Below are positions 52,401 to 63,754 of a DNA stretch of 64,000 nucleotides, piece after piece. Origin of the DNA: Zootoca vivipara (taxonomy: Eukaryota); NCBI RefSeq assembly GCF_963506605.1, contig NC_083289.1, positions 38,006,001 to 38,070,000 of the forward strand, in the 5' to 3' direction. The position numbers and the translations under genes are program-made. Position 1 is the first letter of the stretch. The number at the start of each line of letters is the position of its first letter. The notes under the pieces are model-generated. The model saw only the letters and a list, made by a program, of their open reading frames with translations. It ran no database searches and was not told the origin of the DNA.

Positions 52401-54383
52401 CCTAATTTAATCGGTTTTAACTAGGGAAGAAGGCAGAGGCAACAACAGGTTCTGTTCCAGCTGGATTGTCCTTTCTCCACCCCCCACCCACCCACCCCGA
52501 TCAACTTTAAATGTTATTTTGTGGTCCTTTAAGTTTGTAAACTGCCTTGGGTGCTGTGGTAGAAAGGCAGTTTATAATTTCAATGAATAAACCAGCCAAA
52601 TAGAGAGAATAACCCCCAACACAAAAATAGAATGATGGCATGCAAAGATAATATACAACACTGGGTGCGATCAAACTGCCCTGGTGTGTAGCCTTCAACC
52701 TCCAGGTCTCTGGTCTGCAGGCTAAATTTGGCCCACCAGGCACCCCCCATTTGACCTATATGCCAATTTCCCCCAAAACACAGTCATTTCCTCTGGCATC
52801 CTATGTGAAGCAAGGTCTGTGGCAGGTAGAGCTGTAGCTGAATCAGCTGCTTCCTTACCCAATGCCTATAGAAAGCAGGATTGGACACCTGGTGTACAGG
52901 GAATTCAATCCCGCTTGGTTGTTGTCTCTCCCCCACCATGAGCCACCTTTGACAGATGGGTGGGGCAACCCACTTGTCAATCACCTGGCGTCCGATGACT
53001 GACAGGTGGGTAACCCTAACTTAGCTCACAGAATGGAGGTGGAGGTGGCAAGAAGATGAAGATGTGGTCCGCTGGGTCATAAAGGTTCCCCATCCATCTC
53101 TCGACAAAGGGCTTAGGTACTCAGCCAAGTATCCTGACCTGCATGAGCTTCATCGCCACCAGTTTGAAGCCCTTCTTCTCGAAGCGTCGGATGATCTCTC
53201 CAACCAGATGCCGTTGTACCCCATCTGGCTTAATGGCCAGGAAGGTGCGTTCATTTACACCGGTGAATGCTGGAAAATAAGGGGAAGAGAGAGATTTAAT
53301 GTGCATATATTTAAGGGGGACATGCAATACATGCTGCACAGCTTAGGAGGGGCAGGATTTCTGGAAATCACAAGTGTATACTATTGCACTCAGGTCCTGC
53401 TTGCTGGTTTCCCACAGGCAATGCTTTCCCCCCTCTAGAATAATAGGTGCTGGTACTTGCCATGAAGTTCCTACAGTAAGTGCCACACTTTTTAACAACA
53501 AAAAAGAGCTTTATTGTGTTTTTCATATTCTGTTGGGAGCCGCCCAGAGTGGCTAGGGAAACCCAGCCAGTTGGGCAGGGTATAAATAATAATAATATAT
53601 TGTTCTTATTATTATTACCCTTGAGTACCCCCTGGAACGCGGGGAAAGGGATGCGGGTGGCGCTGTGGGTTAAACCACAGAGCCTAGGGCTTGCTGATCA
53701 GAAGGTTGGCGGTTCAAATCTCCGCGACGGGGTGAGCTCCCGTTGCTCAGTCCATGCTCCTGCCAACCTAGCAGTTTGAAAGCACGTCAAAGTGCAAGTA
53801 GACAAATAGGAACCGCTACAGCGGGAAGGTAAACGGTGTTTCCCGTGTGCTGCTCTGGTTTGCCAGAAGAGGCTTTGTCATGCTGGCCACATGACCTGGA
53901 AGCTATATGCCGGCTCCCTCGGCCAATAACGCGAGATGAGCGCCGCAACCCCAGAGTCGGTCACGACTGGACCTAATGGTCAGGAGTCCCTTTACCTTTA
54001 CCCCCTGGAAAAAGCACTCTCCACAGGCATCTAGTTGGCCACTGTGAGAACAAGAGATGGGCCCCCACCCGTTTGGCGTGATCTAATAGGGCTCTTTTTA
54101 TGTTTGTGTGTTTTTATCTGGAAGGCACCAGGCTGGCGAAGGTTTACTTAGCCAATTGGGGGGTGGGCGGGGTGGAGGGCAGGCACGGGACGTTGCTTCT
54201 CGGTGGAAAAAGAAGCAGACATGCAATCCCAGTAGGGCTTATTCAGCATGACCCAGCTACAGAGAAAGGGAAGGGATGGTGAGGCACCCCCCGATCTCAG
54301 TCTGCAAAGTGGGGCACTCCCAGATCTCAGCAACGCTCACCTGTTTGGAAGATGCTGGCAAACAGGGCCAGCAGGAAGATCAT
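49379..54383 (-). CDS. NME3: Nucleoside diphosphate kinase 3, complete, 5 exons, 168 aa
   Basis: Spliced protein [34 protein letters not shown]...[29 protein letters not shown]...HWIYE*. It has the NDK active-site His motif (IHGSDS) and the hydrophobic N-terminal leader typical of NME3, and it sits next to MAPK8IP3 as in mammals. Confidence 0.96.
50800..50912 (-). CDS. NME3: NME3 exon 4 ([12 protein letters not shown]...DFCIEVG)
   Basis: cccag|GTT ... GCAA|gtgagt; 113 nt. Confidence 0.95.
51428..51529 (-). CDS. NME3: NME3 exon 3 ([10 protein letters not shown]...SGPVVAM)
   Basis: attag|GCT ... ATG|gtgagt; 102 nt. Confidence 0.95.
52032..52167. mobile_element. 136-bp hAT MITE
   Basis: TSD ATCAAAGA. 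Confidence 0.92.
53139..53269 (-). CDS. NME3: NME3 exon 2 ([17 protein letters not shown]...KLMQ)
   Basis: ttccag|CA ... CAG|gtcagg; 131 nt. Confidence 0.95.
53511..53616 (+). mobile_element. L2 3' terminal fragment
   Basis: CTGTTGGGAGCCGCCCAGAGTGGCT...GGGTATAAATAATAAT. Confidence 0.75.
53638..54000 (+). mobile_element. Full-length Sauria SINE (Squam1 type) in NME3 intron 1
   Basis: tRNA-like head (GGTGGCGCTGTGGG, GGTTCAAATC), BovB-related 3' end, (ACCTTT)n tail, direct repeat TACCCCCTGGAA at 53626-53637 and 53999-54010. Confidence 0.9.
54341..54383 (-). CDS. NME3: NME3 exon 1 ([14 protein letters not shown])
   Basis: GCC ATG context; ACAG|gtgagc donor on -; 43 nt. Confidence 0.9.
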
Positions 54384-55532
54384 GGCGTTAGCAGCAGCAG
54401 CAAGAAAAGACCCATAGAGTGAAGGGAAGAACTGGGGCGCACGCGCGCGCCGGCCGGCAGAGAGGATCGGGAGCGCGCACGCTGATGACGAGAGGGGGAG
54501 TCTATTCAAGGGGAAGCAGCCCCAGCAGCAGAAGAGATGGGAGATTCCGATCTTTTCTAAGGCTCCTATCCTGAACACACTTACCTGGAAGGAAGTCCCT
54601 TTGGACATCTGAGCAGTCATATAGAGAGGATTGTGCTCTGACGCTGGTCTTTTTACTGGCGGGGTTTCGCTTTCGCAAGTCTCCAAACGACGTTTAAAAG
54701 TTCTGTGCATCTGCATGTAAGTCAGTGGAGCAGACAGGTTTTTCTGTGCTATTTCATTACTCCGGTACCTTTGCTGAGGCAATGTCTTAAAAACAAACGA
54801 GCCGCAGCAACAGCATTTTGCCTGGTGAACCTGAACCAGCATTAACCCCACTTCGAACCTGCAATGTGAACCGTGGACGACATCGCAGTGCACTTGAAGT
54901 CGCTGTGTCTCAGCCACGGCCCGCCCTCCCCTCCTTTATTTGCAACCGAGGGAGGTGGCCGTAATCTGGCTATTGCTTTTAAACCAGGAACGGGGAGCCC
55001 ATCGCCCGCCCCACGTTGTTCGACTACAGCTCCCATAACGCTGACCATCGGGCTATGCTGACTGCAGCTGATGGGAGTTGCGAGTCCCAACGGCCTCTTT
55101 AAGGCGACCTATTCACCAGATTGTCACTCTACACTTTTTCTATTTCTATGCTGCGGTTCTCGCTCTTCCCCCTCCCTCTCCACTTCCCCTTATCTATAGA
55201 AGAACGAAAAGTTAGAGAGCCGCACACTTCCGGTCTCGACATCGAACAACCTTCCCGCGCTCTTCCTTTCCAACGTAAAACAACACGTTGGAAGGCGACG
55301 CTTTCGTAGCAAGGCCGCGGGTGGGTGGGGAGGGCGGGGAAGCGCTTCAATAACCGCGAACGGCGGATGCTTTCCGTTTCCATGGGGAGTTTAAGGATTC
55401 TGCGTGCGTGTGTCACTCTTCAAGGCTTTATCTCTACGACTTGGAAAGCCTGAGACTTCATTCCCGTAGTACGCTCGCTTCCCGGTTTGCGCATGTGCGG
55501 TGGGAGCCGCGGCTCTTTGACAGCGACTTGCC
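54384..55532. promoter_or_regulatory. CpG-rich divergent promoter region between NME3 and ERCC4
   Basis: High CpG density from ~54430 to 55790; ETS/GABP ACTTCCGG at 55226-55233; NRF1-like TGCGCATGTGC at 55488-55498; GC box GGGCGGGG at ~55332; ZNF143/THAP11-like ACTACAGCTCCCA at ~55023. Confidence 0.8.
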
Positions 55533-55748
55533 ATGGCGGCGGCGGCGGCGGCGGCTTCTTCGGTGGCTGTTCCGGCTGCGGTGCCTCTGGAGCACGAGAA
55601 CCAGATCTTCCTGGACCTTTTCCACGACGACGGGCTGGTGGTGTGCGCCCGCGGCCTGGGCATCGACCGCCTCCTCCTGCGCTTCCTCCGCCTTTACTGC
55701 GAGCCGGCCAGGCTGGTGCTGGTGCTGAACACCAGCCCTGCAGAGGAG
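55533..55748 (+). CDS. ERCC4: XPF exon 1
   Basis: gccATGG Kozak; GAG|gtaggc; 216 nt. Confidence 0.93.
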
Positions 55749-56251
55749 GTAGGCAGAGGCGCCTCGAGGCCCCGGAGGAGCCCGCGGGATTCACTTCTTT
55801 GAGTCTTTCCTATTAAAAGGTGCTGCCCCGCTTCTCAGGGCAGGTGTCCTCACTAGGCACCCCCCAAAACACACACACACACACCCAAAAAGCAAGCCCA
55901 GGCGCGCAAACAATGGAAAATGGAGAATTGCACCCCTCCCAAATGAGCTGCAAAAGCACCGGTAAGGTGCAGCAGATAATGAAAAAGAGGGTCGAAAGAA
56001 AGTTCTTGAAAGTTCCTTTAAAAGGCACTATGCAGTGTTTCCCAACCTTGCTGTTTTCAGACTACATTTCCCATAATCCCTAACCACATCAGATGTCAAA
56101 GAACTAAACAACTATCTGACGTTTAGGAGACATCTGAAGGCAGCCCTGTTTGGGGAAGTTTTTAATGACTGATGCTTTAATGACTGTGGCCGCTGCCCAC
56201 AGTGGCTGGGGAAACCCAGCCAGATGGGTGGGGTATAAATAATAAATAATT

Positions 56252-56284
<33 letters not shown>

Positions 56285-59200
56285 CTGGTCTTGCCAGCTA
56301 AGGGTGATGGGAGTTGTAGCCCCAAAGCAGCTGGAGACCCAAGGTTGGGAAACACTGTACTACTGCAAGAGATGTGTGAACTTCATGGAGGATGATACAG
56401 GGCCAGCACCGAAAAGGGCCTGTTCCTAGTACACCTGCTCGGGGAGGGAGTTACTGGTTTGTGAGTGGTTTTTTGTTTTGTTCTTGTTCTTGTTTTTATT
56501 ACATATCTTGTGTTTTTTGCTTTGTGTTTTTATGTTGTGAACTGGGGAAAGTTGCCTGTGACTCAGACTGCAACTAAGCTTGAATACACCATGTCATGAG
56601 TCCTGTGGAGCCATCTTGGTGGTTGTGTCAAGATAAGGAGTGAAAGGAGCTTGGAAGGACTGGAGGCCAGTGTTTGGGGAGGAACACAGTGGGTTGGGAT
56701 TTGCCTCATTCAGGCCTCCTGAGACATCAGAGTTGCCCATGGCATAGCTGCCAAGTTATCCCTTTTTTAAAGGGATTTTCCATTATGCTGAATAGGCTTC
56801 CTCGCGAGAAAAGGGAAAACTTGGCAGCTATGGCCCATGGGGATGGAGCAGTTGAGGAGGCTGACCAGTGTGGCCTCTTATCCTGCCAGAGCCTTCTCTT
56901 GTTATAATTCCTGCTGGCAAGCCTCTACCTCCAGAGGAGGTGCCAGGTGCCAAATCTAGTTTTATATAGGTGTCGTCTCCTCTTGTCACCTAGATCACTG
57001 AGATGCCAATGCCTGCATCAGCTCAGTCCCAATCCACCAGAAGCAGTTCCCGTTTACCTGCCCAGTCAAAAGATGCTACACTCTGTACCAAGCCATGCCT
57101 GCTCCACTCCTTTATCACAAGAGTCTGGGAAGCTTGTCAGTGGACCAGTGTTTTAGCTTGCTTTGCCATGCCTTGCACCTGCTGTGCCTTTGGCCCTTGC
57201 TTAGTACCATAGTGATTTGAGCATTAAAGTTTCTACTAGAAACCAAAATCAGAATGAAAGTAGATCAGTCTGTAGAACGCAAGACTCTTAATCTCAGGGT
57301 CATGGGTTCAAGCCCCACGTTAGGCAAAAGTTTCCTGCATTGCAGGGGATTGGACTAGATGAGTCTTTTGGTTCTTTCCAACAATTTTATGATTCTATAA
57401 TTTTTTTCATTCTTTGGGAGCCAGGGCAGTGCAAGTGAAACAACAGCTTGATTTTTCTCTGTTTATACCTGCCTCCACTACTCATCCCATCCCTCAGTCC
57501 TCCACCCTGTGTTTAATTTTAGATTCTAATCTCCTTGGAGCAGGGACATGTTCTCTTAAACCAAATGTGAGGAAAATTTGGGTCTCCAGATGTTACTGAA
57601 TTACAACTCCCTTCAGCCCTCAAGAATATGGTCAGTGGCCAGGGGTGATGGACATTTTAGTTCAGCAACATCTGGAGGGACAAAGGTTCATTAAGCTCTG
57701 TGAAACACCAGGCATGCTGACTGTGCTATATGCATGAGAAATAATAATGGTTTATTTTAAGCAATTCCTTCCCACTTTTCAGCTGACAAGGTCCCCAATG
57801 GCAGGTTATGTAAGAGCAATATGAATAATAGGTTTTTAAAATAGCATTTCTTTTAAAAAAAATTAATGTGGTCTATTTAAAGAGGTGATGGTGGTGGTAT
57901 TTTGCCTTGCTAACTAGATGCTGCTTCCCTTATTCACAGGGCTGTTTGTTCTATAAGGCAGTGAAAATGTAAATAAAGCACAGGTGTCAGAAACTGAACA
58001 AATAAGAAACAGTGGCAGATAAAACCAAAACTTGTATGAAATGACAAAAGAACCTCAGAAAACCAAAGGTGTATTGAAACCAAGCAGTATTCAATCAATA
58101 TCTCATTCAGGTATAGGGAACCTCTGACTCTCCAGATGTTGATGAACTCCATCAGCTCCAGCATGGCCAGTGGCCACAGATGATGGGAATTGTAGTACAG
58201 CAACATCTGGAGGGGGAAAGGGTTCCTCACACTTGATCTAAATGCAGATGCCCAGAGGGGGGCACTACTGAATAGGCCCTGCTGCAAGTCTGTGCCAATC
58301 TGACCTGACATTAGGTTGGGAGGACCATGAGCAAAGAGCCCCAGGTGGTATCTTGCTCATATCATACTATAAAACAATGAAATTAACTTTTTATACAATG
58401 TCATGCGTTATTCCTATTTCTAACAGTGTTAATTAAAGTTTAAATGCCAGGATCAGACTAAAAGTGCAGAAAAGCAAAACATAACAAAAATAAAGTAAAG
58501 TAACAGCAACTATTTTCAAAGTCAGTTTTTAAAAGCAGCAGGTCAAATCTTTAAGCTTCATCAGAATTATGATTCCATGGAGTGTTGGACTCTTGGGCAA
58601 ACTTTAGGTGCTCAGTGACTGCTATGCCTACCCTCTTGCTGTGGCTCACTAGCTCTTGCACACTAAGAAAGCAATGGAATTGGCATTTGTATTTTTAGCA
58701 TGATTCAAAGCATGTTTACTCAGAAGTAAATATTGGTGATTCAGCTATCAGGCAGTGCCTCATCTGCCCTAATGGATCAGCCTGCACTTCTGGTTGGAAC
58801 TCAGAGCAGGAGCGTTCCACCGTAACGCTTTGTTGACAGGTCCCATTGATTACTAAATATTTAATATTGTATTTAATAATAGCTTTTGCACTGCTTCTTA
58901 CTCTACACCCACACAAAGTATCTCCCTCCCCCCCTTACTCCGCATTGGATTTGTTGTGAAAAATGTTACTTTGCTTTTAGGAGTTTTTTATCGACCAGCT
59001 GAGGACGGATAACGTAGCTCATCTTCCTCGACGCGTCACAAATGAAATCGCAAGCAGCAACCGCTATGAAGTTTACACCCAAGGGGGTGTCATTTTTGCC
59101 ACCAGCCGGATTCTGGTGGTAGATTTTCTGACCGACCGAATCCCTTCAGATCTTATCAGCGGTAAGATCTTACCACGAGAAAGCGGATTCGAACCCACTT

Positions 59201-60650
59201 CCCTGCTCAGAATGTTAACGTAATCTAAGTCTAGGCTAAGAAACATGGCTTCCTCATGCTAATTCATCCACAATTCTGCAGATGTAAAGTTTATTGCTTC
59301 TCATTGTCGAAATGGCACCTTGCTCTTCTACAACAGAGAGTCTTGTGACACCTGGGCTGGTATCCACACCATACCGTTAAAGCATTCATGGACAGTCTTG
59401 GGAACTGTAGTTCATTAAGGGTGCTGAAAACTTAGCATCCCCAGGATTTCGGGGGTGGGGGGGGAGCCTTGACTGTTAAAGAGGAATAAGGTAAAGGTAA
59501 AGGGACCCCTGACCATTAGGTCCAGTCGTGACCGACTCTAGGGTTGCGCGCTCATCTCGCATTATTGGCCCAGGGAGCTGGCGTATAAGACTGCTTTAAA
59601 TAGATGCGGTGTCATAAATCCCTTCTCCCACTAGAGGTCAGTGTGACATAAAGCCTTGATTAGATCCTATACTGAGCAAGCTGCAGATTTGTAAGCAAGC
59701 CATGCATGCGTCTCTGGAGCTTATCCTGCCTAGTGTTCAATTTCCATACGCTGAGAACCAGGGATACAGAGTGGGAAAGATGCGGAGAAGCTGGGATTCC
59801 AAGTTCAGCCTTGAAGCTCACTCAGGCACCTTGAACCAGTCTGTCTCCTTCAGTCTAACCACCTACAACAGGGATACGGAGCTTCAGGCATGAAGGCTGA
59901 ATGTGGCCCTCCAAGTCGCTCTGCCTGGCCCTTGAGTCTCTCCTCAGAGGGTCACACCTCTCTCTGTCCCTGACTGGTTTCCCTGTGTTTCTGCCTGGCT
60001 GGAATTTGTCCTGATAACGCCTTACTTCTTTGGCTGGAAAGGGGTGTGCGAATGTGTGCAGAAACTAGCCTAATGATATAAAGGTAAAATTTGCATGTAT
60101 TGCTCTGCCTTCTTTTGCCACTGGCCTTGCCCTCCACTGAGTGTGGGAATGTGACCATCTCAAGCTATAAAAGCTTTCTCATCTGCAGGATGGGTGTCAG
60201 GTAGAGAACCAACTATGCTACCTGGAGATTTTGGGAGGAAAGGTGGCATAAACATACAGGGTTGTTGCCAACTTACTTTTACTAAAGAGTAGATCTACTG
60301 AAACTAAGAGACTTGAGTTAACCATGTCTATTCATACCAGTGGGTCTACTCTGAGTAGACTTACCATTGGAGAAAACTTGCAGTATTAATCTGTACCTAT
60401 TTTAAAAATCTGCTGTGGCTCAGGGCGCAGAAAAGGAGGTCAATAGCTGTATCCAGCTCTATAAGTTAGTATGATGCCCTTATCCTTAAAAAAATAAAAT
60501 TGTCCCTATAGAGGAGGGATGGGGAAACATTTTCAATCTGTGAGTTACTTTTCTTTCCGAGCGCCATGTGCCAAAGTTGGGTGGGGCCAGAGGCAAAAGT
60601 GGGTGCAGCCAGAAAAGTAAATTTCACCTTTGTACCACAGGCAAGCTTCT

Positions 60651-60714
<64 letters not shown>

Positions 60715-62910
60715 CCCTATCAGTTATCAGAGTTCAAGGACATGTTCCAGCTATGCAAAAGCATTCAGGATGTTAAGGAGGGCCAAGGAAGGTTGTGGCC
60801 TAATAAGAATTCCCAGGGCTTGGTAGAGAAGCCACATTTATTACATGGGCCTAAGGTTCCCCCCTGTCTTATATAGGGAAATGACCAAGTGTTTAAAGGT
60901 GGATCCCCAAATGGAAATGCGGTGCAAATCATACTCTTTAGATATGATTCCAATCCACTGTCTTCACATGTCCTAGCACGTTGCAGAGGATTTTATTGTC
61001 GCCTTGTTTTCTTGTTGTCCTTTTGTTACCAAAATGTCATTATTTCTTATGAATACTTTTAAAGCAACAGGGTAGCTGGCTCCCACTTTACCTGTATGGT
61101 TGGTTTTATTTCCAGTGTTCAGGCTGCAAATGCCATTGCACCGTTGCTGTATTCCGAGAACGCGCCTATAAACAAATTAAGGTTGGGGGCTCTTGCCACC
61201 TTGTTTCTTTGAATAGAAACTCCCTTTCCCTACTTAACACATTTTAAATTGTTGCAGCATTTTCACTGGCGTGGCATTGAAGGCAGGAGAGATCTGAGCC
61301 CCGCTGAATTCCATCGGTTGGGGGGGGGAGCCAAAGGAGAGTTAGATGGTGTCATGCTCTTTTTAATTGGTTGAACCTTTGAAACTCATGGCCTACTCTG
61401 CAAAATATCACGTCCTGTGCTTTATTCTTGTTTTCTTTGCCTTTCTCCTGTGTGACCCGAGTTTATTCGTCTTGTTGTTCTGCCAGGTATTTTGGTGTAC
61501 AAAGCCCACAGAATCATTGAGTCTTGCCAGGAAGCTTTTATCTTGCGACTCTATCGCCAGAAGAACAAGCAGGGTTTCATTAAGGCCTTTACAGACAATG
61601 CCGTGGCCTTCAGTACTGGCTTCTGTCACGTGGAAAGAGTGATGAGAAATCTCTTTGTGAGGAAGCTTTACCTCTGGCCAAGGTGAGGCCATATTCTTCC
61701 TTGGTAACTGGGCACATGAATTGATCACAGCCCGGGCAGATAATGTCGATCAGCAGCAATTTATGCAAAAACAGAACCTCCGGGATCAGTATATCTTTGG
61801 TTTCCTGCTGCTGGGGACCAAGGAAAATGATGGGTGCTCCTAGACATGCCAGGTGAGCAGTAAACAGGGCGGGCACAAGACTTTGTGCCGCCTGCGGTGA
61901 AGTGGACCAGCTGCTGCCAATCCATGTGCTGACCACTCCTGCTACTTTATTCTCCTGCGGTGGCAGAGTAGGTGTTCCCAAGGCTCTCTAACCCTTGTTT
62001 AGTTCTGAGGGGCATCATTCATTTATTTGACTTATTAGTTGCTACAAAAAAGTCTCTAAGCAGCTTCCAAAAAGAGGGGGAAGCCAAAAGGGTAGAACAG
62101 GCACCCTCAAACTGCAGCCCTCCAGATGTTTTGGCCTACAACTCCCATGATCCCTAGCTAACAGGACCAGTGGTCGGGGAAGATGGGAACTGTAGTCCAA
62201 AACATCTGGAGGGCCGAAGTTTGGGGATGCCTAGGGTAGAATATGTACCGTGTTTCTCATATTATAAGACATGTCTTATATTTATTTTTTCCTCAAAAAA
62301 AACCACTATGGCTTATTTTCAAGGGATGTCTTATTTTTTTCCTCCTCCTCCTGCCACGGCTGGCATTGCTGCTGCGCCTATCACTATGTCTTATTTTCGG
62401 GGTATGGCTTATATTCCTTGAATGCTTAAAATCCTGCTATGGCTTATTTTATGGGTATGTCTTAAAATATGAGAAACAGGGTAAAATGAGGCATTTAATT
62501 AAAACTGTCCCGATAACCCATAAACAAGCCCAGCAAAAAAACAAAAAGGCCCACCAGGAGCACTGTAGGAGTGAGGCATTGTGGGCAGGGAGCTCACATC
62601 AATTTTTGCTATTCCTTGTCCAGGTGAGGCGAAGAGGCTTGGGATTTGCGTGGGTCTCTTGACACCCTTCTCCCTAACACCAGCCCGTCTTTCTCTTCTC
62701 AGGTTCCACGTAGCAGTGCACTCCTTCCTAGAGCGGCACAAGCCCGAAGTGGTTGAAATGCACGTCAGCATGACCCCGGCCATGCGAGCCATCCAGAGTT
62801 CCATTCTGGACATCCTGAACGCGTGTTTGAGAGAACTAAAGCATTGCAACCCGGCTCTGGAAGCAGAGGATCTGTCGCTGGAAGATGCTATCGGGAAAGC
62901 TTTCGACAAG
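55533..62910 (+). CDS. ERCC4: DNA repair endonuclease XPF, 3'-partial, exons 1-4 (helicase-like N-terminal domain)
   Basis: [16 protein letters not shown]...[12 protein letters not shown] / [26 protein letters not shown] / [21 protein letters not shown]...KLYLWPR / FHVAV...IGKAFDK; phase-consistent GT-AG introns. Confidence 0.97.
56087..56283 (+). mobile_element. L2 3' end copy nested inside a hAT MITE (56033-56357)
   Basis: CATCAGATGTCAAAGA...GACATCTGAAGGCAGCCCTGTTT...GGGTATAAATAATAA, flanked by MITE halves CAGTGTTTCCCAACCTTG / CAAGGTTGGGAAACACTG. Confidence 0.8.
57261..57398 (+). mobile_element. tRNA-Lys-derived SINE with CR1-type tail
   Basis: GACTCTTAATCTCAGGGTCATGGGTTCAAGCCCCACG followed by TTGGACTAGATGA...TTCCAAC...ATGATTCTAT. 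Confidence 0.75.
58981..59161 (+). CDS. ERCC4: XPF exon 2 (EFFIDQL...SDLIS)
   Basis: ttttag|GAG ... AGCG|gtaaga; 181 nt. Confidence 0.96.
59488..59586 (-). mobile_element. 5'-truncated Sauria SINE
   Basis: Reverse complement of the last ~100 nt of the 53638-54000 copy, (AAAGGT)n tail. Confidence 0.85.
60651..60707. repeat. Compound (CA)n(GA)n microsatellite
   Basis: Direct reading. Confidence 0.95.
61487..61682 (+). CDS. ERCC4: XPF exon 3 ([12 protein letters not shown]...YLWP)
   Basis: gccag|GT ... CAAG|gtgagg; 196 nt. Confidence 0.96.
62098..62233. mobile_element. 136-bp hAT MITE
   Basis: TSD GGGTAGAA. Confidence 0.92.
62248..62481. mobile_element. Tc1/mariner-type MITE
   Basis: TA|CCGTGTTTCTCATATTATAAGACAT ... 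ATGTCTTAAAATATGAGAAACAGGG|TA. Confidence 0.82.
62703..62910 (+). CDS. ERCC4: XPF exon 4 ([10 protein letters not shown]...KAFDK)
   Basis: ctcag|G ... AAG|gtagct; 208 nt. Confidence 0.96.
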
Positions 62911-63519
62911 GTAGCTCTTTCAACTGTCGTTGGTTTGTTCTTGGGTTTTCTTATCGGCCTCTAGAGGGTTTTTTTTATATGGGCACAGGCAATGCAGTCA
63001 GTGGCATCGGGGTCCTTGGCTGCTACGCCATCCTCGAAGGGCTGTGATCGTTCCCTGTGATGACGAGCATAGCTTAAGGGGGGACTGGGCAACCTGCAGC
63101 CTGCCAGATGTTGTTGGACTCCGATTCTCATCATTCCCAGCCAATGTGGCTCAAGGGTCAGGGATAACCAAGAGTCTGCTGGATCAGGGCAGCGGCCCAT
63201 CTAGTCCAGCATCCGGTTCTCACAGTGGCCAACCGGATGCCTGTGAGAAAACCCTCAAGCAGGATTTGAGCACAACAGCACTCTCCCCTCCAGCAACTGG
63301 TGAACCATTGCTGCCTCCAATGGTGAAGGATGGCAGAGCCTAGCCATCCTGGCTAGAAACCACCATCAACAGACCTCTCTTCCATGAATTTGTCCAATCC
63401 TTTTTTTAAGCCATTCAAGTTGGTGGCCTTCACAGCTTCCTGTGGGCGCGAGTTCCATAGTTTAACTCTGTGTTGCGTGAAGAAATGCTTTTTTTTTATC
63501 TGTCCTGAATCTCCTTTGT

Positions 63520-63754
63520 TTTATCTGCCTGGTGATGGGAGTTGTCGTCCAAAAACATCTGGAGGGCCACAGGTTTCCCCTTTCATAGTTTATGCCATTG
63601 TTAACATTTGTTAACAATCTGGGGGGGCGCAGGTTTCCCCTTTCCTAGTTTATGCCATTGTTAACATTTGTTAACAATGGCATAAACTAGGAAAGGGGAA
63701 ACCTGCGCCCCTCCAGATGTTTCTGGACGACAACTCCCATCACCAGGCAGATAA
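63520..63754. repeat. Fold-back quasi-palindrome with an internal 60-bp tandem duplication
   Basis: 63624-63666 is the exact reverse complement of 63669-63711 (2-nt loop); 63712-63754 mirrors 63520-63563; 63557-63618 is repeated at 63617-63678. Confidence 0.9.

Noticed and set aside
54400-55500. Search for MRPS34 or EME2 remnants
   Set aside because: None of the translated frames resembles either protein as I remember them.
56592-57240. Possible solo LTR (TGTCATG start, TATA-like motif, ATTAAA)
   Set aside because: No clear CA end, TSD or second copy, so it cannot be supported without a repeat library.
57261-57325. tRNA-Lys(CTT)-like sequence (also at 43660-43730)
   Set aside because: The acceptor stem and D-arm are degenerate and the sequence is fused to a CR1-type tail, so these are SINE heads rather than functional tRNAs.
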